A DNA stretch of 64,000 nucleotides, taken from positions 72,068,958 to 72,132,957 of the forward strand of contig JAHRHZ010000012.1 in assembly GCA_024137785.1 (NCBI GenBank), read 5' to 3'. Origin of the DNA: Ginglymostoma cirratum. Lineage: Eukaryota. The notes beneath the pieces are model-generated. The model made no database searches, had not been told where the DNA came from, and was given only the letters and a program-made list of their open reading frames with translations. Below are positions 13,430 through 25,062 of the stretch, piece after piece. Made by a program: the position numbers and the translations under genes. Each line of letters starts with the position of its first letter. Position 1 is the stretch's first letter.

Positions 13430-14135
13430 GCCACTAATAGGATGCTGCTGTGAAGTCAAAACTACATTTTCCCTATCACGCAAATGAATGAATCGATTTA
13501 TGAATTTTAGTGCCTTTGTGATGCCAGATTTGCAGGCCATTAATCCCAAAGACTGGCAGAGTGGATCAAACAGCACATCCATTTGGGCATTTGCAACAAG
13601 CAAGGCATTGACCTTATCAACAACCCCTTGCTGGTAACGTTCACAACACAGTATCCCACTTAGGTGTGATTTTCCAATGGACCACATTTGCTGGATAATC
13701 CTAAGTGTGTAAAAAATTGTGTTACAAATGAATTAAAGGTTGTCAGTCAGGCTTTCAGTGTGGCACATGTGCATGTCCTGGAAGCTACAAATGTTAATAA
13801 ACAGTGTGGCTGCTCCAAGTCAACAAAATAGGTGACAACTAATTAATTTCTCAGGTTAATGCCCTGACTGACGAGTGTCAACTTGCCTGGTGTAAAATTT
13901 AAATAAATTTTGGTTGTTAATTATCAATTATCATAGATTGGTGCATGTTCCATGGCTAAGCCCCTACCAATCAGAATCCACTTGTCAACCAATGAGCTGC
14001 CTCCTCTCATTCAGCATAATTGTGACTTTTTCCCTTAAATTAGTATTCTTGTAAATTTCCCTGCTCGTGAAAAGCATTGACAAGATATGACTATTTTCAG
14101 CAATAATCAAGTTCTGCATGACTAAACAACTATTT
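13430..14135 (+). mobile_element. Decayed Penelope-like element (GIY-YIG endonuclease C-terminus + 3' region)
   Basis: + strand translates IYEF*CLCDARFAGH*SQRLAEWIKQHI...CDFPMDHI..KVVSQAFSVAHVHVLEATNVNKQ, a degenerate GIY-YIG domain. Confidence 0.7.
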
Positions 14136-15234
14136 AATTAAAATTGCAAGGGGACTGAGTGTTATAGGGAGTTAGATACTAAACTTTCACTTACAAATCT
14201 TGAATTCAAATATAATTATTGCTCATGAATCAGAGATCTTTTCTATTTATTGATTCTAAGCAAACTATAGCAAAGGAAGTAGGTAACCTGAATATAATTC
14301 TAATCAAATCTGGGCATTCTATCCTAAAATTATCAATCTCATTAGGAGAAAGCTTAAAATTTTGGATATGAAATGTTAGAATCATCACATTTGCGAAGTG
14401 ATCAGGATATTTCAGAAATTAGGCTGAGATTGTATTGGGACAAGGTAGGTACTCTCCATTTCCCTTGTGTTTTTTTAAGAACCTTTAGTTTGGGATGGAA
14501 ATTGCAGTTACATTCAAGTAAAGCATTAATACCATTTCAAATCCGAGGTTGTTTACGGAATAGGGTCCTGAATGGTTGCTTATCATTTAATGAAATCTTA
14601 ATAATTACATCCACCATTCACTGAACAATATAGAGACAGAATGCAGCAGCCTTGTTTCATTGCTATATTTTATGCAAGGCAGATAATTGAGTAAAAATAA
14701 CCTTTATGAATTAACAAGTAATATTTATGAAGCAAATAAACAGTTTGACGTACATATCAATTTCAGCATGGATACAATGAAATTTGTAGTTGTCTCTAGA
14801 AACAGAGAAAAACTTAATGATATATTTATACAGCAATTATCGTACGCAAGTAGAAATTACGCTGCAGGTATGTTGTTGACCATAAACCACTTTAGAATGT
14901 GCAAGAATCAGCCGCAAAATTGATATGTGACTACAGCACATTCACTTTCCTTATCCAAGTCATTAATATCTGTATGTGTGTAAAATGCACAAATTTCTTC
15001 TCCTCAGGGGATGAAGTTGAAATTTATTTCTAAAAGGACCAATAAGGAACATTAACCTTCTGTTAACATTGTAAAATTTTCTTCTTGAGTTATGTTCAGT
15101 CAGCCTGTTAGGTAAAATGGAGCAGGGAGGCACTCTGACCCCAAAAACAATTGACATAGTACCCCTTTTAAGACATGATGATGACCCTGAAACTCCTGGC
15201 TGAAGCATAACCTGTACGCTTTAATGAAAGAGAA

Positions 15235-15480
15235 CAGACATAGGTTCGACCATCTTCAACTGCACCATCATAAGAGGGATTTTTACTGATTATAGCAAAA
15301 TGTTCACCACCATTCCTGACTTCTCAGATACTAAAAGCAGTCCATGTCCAAATGCAACAAGACTTAGACGAATTCCAGGTTTGGGCTGACAAATCTCAAA
15401 TGGCATTCACACCACAAAAGTACCAGGCAATGACCATCTCCAATAAGAGAGAATCTAACCATCCTCCCTTGACACCACAT
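15235..15480 (+). mobile_element. RT fragment of the second LINE family
   Basis: MQQDLDEFQVWADKSQMAFTPQKYQAMTISNKRESNHPPLT, homologous to ORF 35431-35676. Confidence 0.75.
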
Positions 15481-15489
15481 CCACAAACA

Positions 15490-16845
15490 TTCAGTCATAA
15501 GACCACAAGACATAGATTCAGAAATAGGTCCATCAAGTATGCTCTGCCATTCAATGACATCACAGTGGATCTGAAAATCCTCAATTGCACTTTCTTGCCC
15601 TTACCCCATGACCTGAATCTGTTACTAATTAAAAATCTGTCTTATCTCAACTTTGACTATACATAATGAACCAACGTCTACAGCCCTCTGTGGTAAAGAA
15701 TTCACAGATTCAATAGCCTTTCAGACATAAAATTCCTCCTCATATCCGCCCTAACTGGTTGACTCCTTTCTCTGAGATTATACTCCTCGGAGCTAGAATC
15801 TACCACAAAGGGAAGCAACATCTTGGCATCAACACTGTCATGACCCCTAAGTACCTTGTATGTTTCAATAAAGTTCAATTAAGTCTCATTCTTCTGTATT
15901 CCCATGAGTACAGACCCAATCTACTCGACCTTTCCATATACGAAAATCTCTCCATACCCAGGAGCAGTCTGGTTGCCCTTCTCTGTACTGCCTCCAATGC
16001 CAGTATATCATTTCATCAACAAAGGGACCAAAACTGTTCACAGCATTCCAGGTGCTGTTGAGCTAGTGCCTTGTATAGTTTTAGCAAGACTTTCCTATTT
16101 TTATACCCTATTCCCTTTGCAAAAATTGCCAATATTCCATTTGCCATCCCTATTACCTGCTGAACTTGCTTTTTGTGATATATGCACAATAACTCCCAAC
16201 TCCTTTCTGCACTCTCTCTTCATTTAAGTAATGTTCAGCTCCTCTGTTCTTCCAGCCAAGTGCATACCCATATTTTCTCACATTATATTCTATCTGCCAA
16301 GTTTTTGACTACTCACTTAAATTATACACATCTCTCTGCACAATCTTTGTGTTATTTTCACCAATTGTCTTCCCACTAAATTTTGTGCCACCTGAAATGT
16401 TGACTGCAGTACATTCACTTTCCTTATCCAAGTCATCAACATATATTGTAAATAATTGCAGCCCTAGCCCTGATCCCTGTAGCATTCTACTAGTTACAGG
16501 TTTCCATCCTGAAATTGCCCGCCACTACCCCAAAGCCAATTCTCTATCTCTGCAAATGTACCACCTACAACAAGATGGTTTCTTAGCTTATGAAGATTCC
16601 TGCTTTAGTACCTTCTGGAAATGCAACTCTATTTCATTCACTGCTTTCCTTCTATCTGCCCTGCTTGTTACCTCCTCAAAGAATTCTAATAAATTTGTCA
16701 GGTATGATCTTCCCTTCAAGAAGCCATGCTGAATCTGTTTGATCATACTGTATTCTGAAATGTTCTGCTATTACATCTTTTATAAAAGGCTAATATTTCC
16801 TCAATAATAGATGTTATGTAAACTGGCTTATAGTTACCTGATTTT
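15490..16845 (-). mobile_element. CR1 LINE 3' fragment
   Basis: Reverse CR1 from the tail to the RT (QHGFLKGRSYLTNLLEFFEEVT). Confidence 0.8.
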
Positions 16846-16847
16846 TT

Positions 16848-18085
16848 TTATCGCCTTCCATGTATGTACCATCCACTGTATGAAAAAGTTGCCCCTCAGG
16901 TCCCTTTTAAATCTTTTCCCCGTTCATCTCCAACCCATGCCCTCTAGTTTTGGACTCCTTTACCTTGTGGAAAATACAATAGCTATTAACCTTATCGATG
17001 CCCCTCGTGATTTTATAAACCTCTATAAGGTCATCCCTCAGCTTCCTTTGCTTCAGGGAAAATAGTCTCAGCTTATCCAGCCTTTCCTTATAACTCAAAC
17101 CTTCCAATCTCAGTAACATCCTCGTAAATCTTTTGCACTGATTCCAGTTTAATAACATCCTTCCTATAGCAAGATGACCAGAATTGTATACAGAACTGAA
17201 AATGTGGCCTTACCCCCAATTTCTTGTATAGCTGTAACATGACATCACAACTCTTGTACTCAATGCTCTAACTAATGGAGGCAAGTGTGCCGAACACCTT
17301 CTTCATCACCCTGTCTACCCGTGATTTCACTTTCAAGGAACTATGTACCTGCACCCTTAGGTCTCTCTGTTGGACAACACTCCCCAGGGCCCTACCATTA
17401 ACTATATAAGTCCTGTCCGGGTTTGTCTTATCAAAATTCAACAACTCACATTTATCTGCATTAAACTCAATCTGTGATTCCTCGGCCCACTGGCCCAAAT
17501 GATCAAGATCCCATCATACTCTTAGATAACCTTCTTCTCTGTCCACTACACCACCAATTTGATGTCATCCACAAACTTACCAACAATGCCTCCTATATTC
17601 TCATCCAAATCATTTATATAAATGACAAACAACTGTGGACCCAGCACTGATTCTTGCAGCATCCAACTGGTCACAGGCCTCCAGTCTGAACAACAACCCT
17701 CTGCCACCATTCTCTGTCTCCAGCTGTCAAGCCAATTTTGTATCAAATTGTCTAGGTCTCCCTAGATCTGATGTGTTCTAACCGTATTACTAGTCTACCA
17801 TGTGGAACCTTGTCAAAGGCCTTACTAAAATCCATATAGATAATGTCTACTGCTCTGCTTTCATCTACCTTCTTGGTACCCTCTTCAAAAACTCAATCAA
17901 GTTAGAGGTAGAGGTGAGTACAGTGACAACATTTAAAAAAAAAACACTTGGACAGGTACCTGGATGGGAAAGGTTTAGACGGATGTGGGTCAAACACAGG
18001 AAAATGGGACTAGTTCAGTTTAGGAAACTTGGTCAGCAAGGACAAATTGTGCCAAAGGGGTGTGCTGCATGATTCAATGACTCTG
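16848..18085. mobile_element. CR1 insertion with 5' inversion (minus 16848-17903, plus 17904-18085)
   Basis: The minus part encodes the RT through KRDLRGNFFIQW. The plus part continues with EVSTVTTFKK and the tail. Confidence 0.75.
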
Positions 18086-20171
18086 TGTCTTGCAATGACT
18101 ACAGGCTTCTCCATGCTGTAAGGGTCCATCAACTGAACACAGGCCATCTTGTGTGAAGTGCGCATCTATTCTGAGAAACCATAAACTGGCAGGGATTTGA
18201 CTCCCTCAATGTACAGATGGTGAGTGACCATATTCAGCGCATGGTCATACAGAGCAACAGCCATGATGCATTTATTTTGTGGCGATCCAGTGTACCATCA
18301 GCATTTGTAAAACCACCACAAAGTACTTACTGGGACAGCATGGCTCATGACTCTGATGCATGGTTCAACACATGCTGACAGCATGGATATGAGTAAAACT
18401 ATGTTACCACACAAAAGTGCCTTAAACAGACAACCACATACATTGAACCCTGCTCCTGCTGTCTGGGCTAGTTTGGTGGCTTTGCATTTTGTTTCCTGAT
18501 TCAAATTGGGACCTGGTTTGAAAATTACAATGCCACTTTTCACGTTTCTGTGCAGCTGGAATTGCTTTGTTTTCAATGTGACAACAGCATTGTAGTCACA
18601 TTGAGAATGCCATATGTGCAGAAGGAAAATAAAAAAGAAAATACACCTGTGCTCTCAGACAGAGCAGTTTGAAAACAGAGAGGTATGCTAAAAGCAGAAC
18701 TGCCAGAAAGCAGCCAATGACCACAAGTTGAACAGGGTATCAGAGACAAGGAGTGTGTCTGCACAAATCAGGTTCTGTTTATTGGGAATTTTTCATTTAA
18801 AATGTTTCAAATTTCAAATATTCATTTTACAATATGATACAGAAACATAACGTACAATTTGAATAATAATTATTACCAGTGGATCTGGCCTACCTAAAAT
18901 AAATTCAAGGCTTAAAAATGATGAACTTAGAGAAAACCTGAACAGATTAAAATGGTAGTGGAACAAATCCACGAAAAACGTTCTAGACAAATAAATAGAA
19001 TGATGACTGATTGCTAAGGACAATCCTGTTTTCTTACAAAAGACCAAGACAAGGAGAGAGTTAAAAAAAAACAAGGCCAGACAATTTAGTTTTAAAAGCT
19101 ATGAATCCTGCATCAATAAAAAGACCTGGCATGATTTTATCTATTTAAAAGCAGAACAGAGGCTCTGCAAATGAACATGATGAAGTCTGATCATCAGTTT
19201 CTTTTTAAGAGATGATGAATAGTCTTACTTCCTCAATTTGTTAAAATTAAGCAGGGGTGTGAGAGGTATTGATTAGCTTACACATCTAACATATAGCAAC
19301 AGTCCCAGTCATACTGATTTTACTAAAATGAACATTTATTATGAGGGTAAGACAATGGATTATCTGAATAACTTTGTCTAAATGATATTTTATTATTAAA
19401 GAACTTAGACCTTAAAACCATAAGCTACAAAAGCTGAATTAGGCCAATTGGCCCATCAACTCTGCTTCACTATTCAATCATGGCTGGTATGTTTCTCAAC
19501 CCCATTCTCCTTCCTTCTCCCTGTAACCCTTGACTTTAGGCCCTTACTAACCAAGAGCCTATCTATCTCTTTTCTACAGACACACAATGACTTGGCCTCC
19601 ACAACCTTCTGTGGCAATGGGTTCAACGGATTCATTGCCCACTGGCTGAAGGAATTCCTCCTCATCTCAGTTCTAAACGATCGTCCCTTCACTCTAGAAG
19701 TTGTGCCCTTGCGTCCTTGACTCTCCTACTAGTGGAAAATCTTCTCTAGTCCACTTTATTTAGGTATTCTGCAGTATTCTGCAACTTTGAATGATTCCCC
19801 CCCCTCATTCTTCCATAATCCATCAAGTACAGACCTCAACTGCTTCTCATATGACAAGCCCTTAATCCTCATGATCATTCTTGCATACCTCTTCCGGACG
19901 CCCTCCTTAGATATGGGGCCCAAAACTGCTCAAAATATTCCAAATGCAGTCTGACCAGAGTCTTATGCAGCCTAGCATTACATCTCTGCTCTTGTATTCT
20001 AGCCATCTTGAAATTAATGCAAACATTGCACTGGCCTTCCTAACTACCAACTGAACTGGCGTGTTAACCTTAAGAGAATCCTGAACTAGAACTCCTAAGT
20101 TCCTTTGTGTTTTAGATTTCTGAAGCCTTTCCCCATCTAGAAAATAGTCCATGCCTTTATTCTTCCTGCCT

Positions 20172-20840
20172 CAGGGACAACATGTTGGTTCGCTGCTGCC
20201 TCATAGTGCTGGGGGCATGTTGAAGTAGCAGTATTACCTCTGGATTGTTAATCCAGGGAGACCTAGGTAATGTTTTGGGGACCTAGGATCAAATCCTGTT
20301 ATGCAGGTGGTGACATTTTAATTCAATAAAAATCTAGAATTAAGATTCTAATGATGATAACGAATATATAATTAATCGTCAGAAAGGCCCATCTGATTCA
20401 CTAAAGTCCTTTAGGGAGGGAAGCTGCCACTCTTACCTTGTCTGAACTGCATGGGACTCCAGGCCTGCAGCAATGTGGTTGGCTCTCAGCTGCCTTCTGA
20501 GAATTTAGGAAGTGGTTATAAATGCTAGTCTAGTCAGCGAAACCCGTATTTTGTGAGTGAATAAAGAAAAACCTGACTCTAGCTTCTAACTTTAATTCCA
20601 GCCTTGGGTGACTGTTTGTGTGCAGTTTGCATGTTTTCCTCATGTCTGCATGGATTTCAGTCAGCTGCTCCAGTTTTCTCCCACAGCCCAAAAATGTGCA
20701 GGCTAAGTGGATTAGCCATGGTCAATGTAGGGTTATGGTGATCAGGTAAGGGGCTGGGCCTGGGTGGGATGCTTTTCAGAGGGTCACTGCAGATTCAATA
20801 GCCAAATGACCTCATTCCGCACTGTAAGGCATCTATTAAG
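20172..20840 (+). mobile_element. HE1/V-SINE split by a second SINE
   Basis: Head at 20172-20212. Body resumes at about 20575 (ttaattccagccttgggtgactgtttgtgtgcagtttgcatg). Confidence 0.65.
20213..20571 (+). mobile_element. tRNA-headed SINE, family II
   Basis: Near-colinear with 43503-43856 and 48135-48468. Ends gtgaataaagaaaa. Confidence 0.75.
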
Positions 20841-21893
20841 TACATTTTCTATGAAGTTCCTAGGAAAGTGCATAATGTACCACAAAAAATTACCCACAAT
20901 GCCACTTCTTTGCCCATTGTCCTAGCCTGTCCAAGTCTTTTGGAAGGCTCCCTGCATCCTCAACACTACCTGTCCCTCTGCCTATTTCTGTGTCATCGTC
21001 AACCTTAGCAATAATGCCGTCAGTTCCTTTGACCAGGTCGTTAATGAATTATGTGAATAATGGTGGTCCCAACATGACCCCTTGGAACTCCACTACTTGC
21101 CAGCTGTCATGTTGAAAAAGACTCCTGTATACCTACTCTCTGCCTTCTGCCAGTCAGCCAATCCTCTATCCATGTAAACACCGTGCCCTAACACGGCTCT
21201 TATTTAGCAGTTTCCTTTGTGACTGCTTGTCAAAAGCTTTCCGGAAATTCAAATCGATGACATCCACTAATTCTCCTTTGTCTAACTTGCCTGCTACCTC
21301 CTAAAAGAATTCCGACAGATTTGTCCGGCATGACCTCCCCTTGATGAAGCCATGCTGACTCAGCCCTATTTTACCCTGCACTTCCAAGTATTCTGCAATC
21401 TCATCCTTATTAATGGACTAAAATCTTACCAACGATCGAGGTCAGGCTAACTGGCCTATAATTTCCCATCTTCTGCCTCCCTTGATGACACCAACAATGA
21501 ATCCACCAACGCAGGGTACAATTCCCATTCTGACTGGATTAGAATTGAGGCCAGTCACCTCACTCTATCTAAAGTAAAATGTTATGATAGCAACTTAACA
21601 AGGAGAACATTTGAATTGTTCAGTCTAGAAGTAACAAAGGGATAGATGAGGTCTCCATCATAGAGTACCTGAGGCAGGTCAGAGTTGGACAATTTCCTAT
21701 GAATTTATCCATTTCCCTTAAAGTGTTGTGTGTTTGTTCCTGATATTTCAGTCATACATCTACAACCCCAAAAATGTCAGTCTTAGCTATTCCCATGATC
21801 AAAATTGTCACTTAAACAATTAATATTTTTCAGAGCTTTGAATGTTGAATTGTAACATTATATGTTTCGGTTAAGCAATTGGATTATTTATTC

Positions 21894-22118
21894 GGGATAA
21901 CAAGGTGTAGAGCTGGATGAACACAGCAGTCCAAGCAGCATCAGAGGAGCATGAAGGCTGACGTTTCAGGCCTAGACCCTAGACCCTTCTTCAGAAGAAG
22001 GGTCTAGGCGTGAAAGGTCAGCTTTCCTGCTCCTCTGATGCTGCTTGGCCTGCTGTGTCCATCCAGCTCTACACCTTGTTATCTCAGATTCTCCAGCATC
22101 TGCAGTTCCCACTATCTC
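21894..22118. mobile_element. Fold-back Penelope-type element with hammerhead cores, 14 bp TSD
   Basis: About 100 bp inverted arms centred near 21993, plus a 33 nt tail. TSD tggattattta(t/c)tc at 21880-21893 and 22119-22132. Confidence 0.85.
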
Positions 22119-22479
22119 TGGATTATTTACTCACTTGGTGAATTCTTGAAGTATTTGACATTGTAAGATTCCTTGGCCTGATGTTAGCAGGTCAAAACCT
22201 GTGACCTGACCAACCTTCTAGATCTGACGGCTTGTTTCATTTTTGCCTCTTTTCCGATGTAGTCTTGACATCTCAGATGATACCCAGATCCAAACATCTT
22301 AAGATCGTTTCCTATTAGAATTTAAATTGTTGCTTGCACCTTCCAAATACATATTGAAATGTGGATGTCGTCTAGCACTCTTGGAATCATTTTTATGTGT
22401 TAATTTATGTTTAACGATCATTCGTTTGTGATTTAGAAATTCCGCAATTCACTTGCTTCTGTCTTTTTTTTGACAATTT

Positions 22480-22900
22480 TTCGTAGGCACCTGCTTAAAT
22501 GTGGTTTGCAGCTTGGAGTGTCGCTTAAAGAAACTGTCCCGGCGTGAAAGGGAAGAAGGCACAGCAAGCAAGATGCGCCCTACCGCAGACGGTCGGGGCT
22601 GCAGTGGGGGTTATTTTTGGAAGCTGCAGTTGCTCTATTGTCCGGGAGGTGTCAGACCAGCTCGTCTGACGGCGGAGCTCGTAAAGAGCGTGTTTGTTGG
22701 ATTGCTGCAAAGTGCGAAATCACTGCGGGAAAATTCACTGGGAATTGCGCGTGTGTGAGAGACGGAGGTGGGTGGGTAGTGAGATTGACAGAGACAATTA
22801 GAGAGAAAGGGAGAGCAGAGATGGGTAACACTTTTGGCAAAATTATTAACCATTCAGTTATGAACCTTGTTGAGTTTCATGCGCGGACAACTGTGTTTCC
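22480..22900. promoter_or_regulatory. Second CpG-rich island (distal/alternative or divergent promoter)
   Basis: Locally high CpG density, not a repeat, about 2 kb upstream of the Trk ATG. Confidence 0.4.
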
Positions 22901-23239
22901 TGTTTGAGAAGATCAGTGTTAAAGAGCTGTTGTTGACTAATACAAGAACGTGAGCTTGTAATTTTTGTATTATCTCAACAGACTTGGAGGAAAAGAATAA
23001 CTGTTCGCAATAACCCAAACGCCTTTCAGACATGTTCTTTTATTAGGCACCATTTAAAAGTCAATGAGCTAAATGTAGGAATTCGATCACGTCTTTTTGT
23101 GAATTCATGGTATCATTTCTGACCAAGGCTGTAATTCAATATCTGCGGGTAATATTAGCAGTTTTAGCAATTCGACTGGCTGTTATCTACGGCGAACATT
23201 GTGATGTCCATGTCAGACTCAAGTGCTGCGGTACCAAAA

Positions 23240-23665
23240 TTAACACATGCACGGAAATGTACACATGCACATATAAACACTTAGATACACACACCCATAC
23301 ACTGGTGTACACACAAATACAAACACACATCCACATACAGATCTACAGCCATAGATACAACCACGCATACACACACAATATATACACACTCATTCAGATA
23401 TACATATCCCCACACAGATATACTTACGTACAGATATATGTATTCACATCCACACGCTTGGATAAACACAGACCCACACTCAGATATACACAGCTCCGCA
23501 GATACATATACAGATACATACACCCACACCCAGATATAAACACGCACATCAGCTCACAGTGATATCTCCACACAAACAAATATAGATAAACATCCCCATA
23601 CAAGTGTGCACAGCTACAAATCTACACACGCATGTACGTATAAATCCACATACACAGATATGCAT
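23240..23665. repeat. Degenerate (CA/TA)-rich low-complexity tract
   Basis: Recurrent acacagata/catacac units. Confidence 0.8.
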
Positions 23666-23843
23666 CTTTGAAGGGCAGTGTAATTCAAATCGGTGCAAAA
23701 CCTTTGAAATCAAATTTCTTCACTGGACTTGCACTGTCTGGGACGTGATTGCCCTTCAGATAAGATCAGCGATAGTCCAACAAACAGCAGCATTGGGAGA
23801 TTTGACGTGCACTGCTTGGTACAGGCGAATTCTAACGTGGCGC

Positions 23844-23861
23844 GGGGGGGGGGGGGGGGGG
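23844..23861 (+). repeat. Poly-G run (G18)
   Basis: Read directly from the sequence. Confidence 0.9.
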
Positions 23862-24206
23862 CGGGAGAGACTTAGTCAATTTTCCGGATTACACATTCCT
23901 CACACACACTGCAGCTAGATTGTTTATTAGATGGTGCTTGTGAGAAGAGTCGGGAGAACAGATCATTCAGTCTGTTGGTTTTTGTGGCTCACGGTATTGC
24001 GCTGGGAGTAGGGACCTGGTTTGGAGCAGGAGATCCGAGTCGCTGGTTGTAGTTGCCCTGGTGGGCAGTACATTTCCAACCTCGTGGCCAACGACCATCA
24101 CATTTCACTGCTTCTCGGCTTCTTTACTTTCTTCCCTCTTTTATAGTTTTCTCTTTTTTTTGTGGGTGGGAGGGGGTTCAAAAAACCTCTCCTTCATCCC
24201 TTTTCG

Positions 24207-24224
24207 TGCGTCAGCCGCACGTCA
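24207..24224 (+). promoter_or_regulatory. Tandem CRE-like sites (TGCGTCA-GCC-GCACGTCA)
   Basis: Two CGTCA CREB half-sites 11 bp apart, about 620 bp upstream of the ATG. A third site, TGACGTGC, lies at 23803-23810. Confidence 0.6.
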
Positions 24225-24841
24225 TGTACAGCAGCTTCCCGAATTGGATGTTAAAAAATCGAATAGTTTACTGAGGTGGTGGTGGTTTGGGAAGGGGGAG
24301 GGAGGTTGGGGGCGGAGAGGATTAAAGAATCCCGGACAGAGCCCCCGGCAGCATCAGGCAGTTTGGGGGGTGGGGGGTGGGGGGACGTTGGTGGCAGGGA
24401 CTGACTGAGTGAGTGAGAGAGAGAGACAGACAGAGTGAGTGACCACTGCGGCAAGAAGAATGCCCCAGAGCCAAGGGAGCACACACTCACTCCAGCTCTC
24501 CCGGAACCTCACATAGTGGATGCGGTTCCACAGCGCAGCGGCTCCCTCTGTACCGCTAACAACATTTCGGATCGCCCCCTCCAAGAACTGACAGATAGAG
24601 AAAGCTCCTTCACAGGGATTTACAAACGGGAGACATCGTCCTAAAGACCTTGTTTATCTGTATATGCTGCAGGTTGCTGTCAGTGAGACCGCACTGCTCT
24701 GTATTCGCAATCTACGGATTATTCCAGGTTTACACCAAATACAAAACCACACTCTGCTGGCGGGATCTGCGCCTGTTAATTTTTTTGATTCTACTGGGGA
24801 GTCGCTCCCGATCTGGAGTGTGGAGCAGAGACGAGCTGACG

Positions 24842-25062
24842 ATGGCCTCCTCATCTCCGAGGTGTTGCTGCGCTAGCCTCAGGAAGACTGTGGCCAGTCT
24901 GCTGTTAGCGCTGCTCGGCACGGTGCTGGCCTTTAGCAGCTTGGTTCTCGCCTGTCCTGCTTCTTGCAGATGTAGCAGTTCCAGGATCACCTGCACTGAA
25001 CCCGGCATCGTGGCTTTCCCGGTGCTGCCGTCCGCGGCAGAGATGGAGAACATCACAGAAAT
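24842..25062 (+). CDS. NTRK2-like: Trk neurotrophin receptor tyrosine kinase, coding exon 1 (signal peptide + Cys cluster 1)
   Basis: ATG at 24842 in context ACGATGG. Translates [74 protein letters not shown]. CPxSCxC, GIVAFP and ENITEI match the TrkB N-terminus. Donor AT|GTGAGT at 25063, phase 2. Paralog assignment uncertain. Confidence 0.93.

Larger units (their letters stand above)
19400..21485 (-). mobile_element. CR1 LINE fragment carrying nested SINEs
   Basis: ORFs MKGRSFRTEMRRNSFSQW and KASAMFALISRWLEYKSRD. The RT continues after 20840. Confidence 0.8.

Noticed and set aside
13511-13633. AG...GT-bounded 123-nt apparent exon
   Set aside because: Another frame is a decayed Penelope GIY-YIG domain, which explains the sequence.
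23107-23562. 151-aa His/Thr/Tyr-rich ORF
   Set aside because: Product of the CA-rich low-complexity tract.
24321-24345. Possible RE1/NRSE site (CGGACAGAGCC)
   Set aside because: Only the right half matches; the TTCAGCACC half is absent.
24650-24841. N-terminal extension of the Trk ORF in the ORF track (TTG start at 24650)
   Set aside because: Non-ATG start. The ATG at 24842 has good Kozak context and directly precedes the signal peptide.
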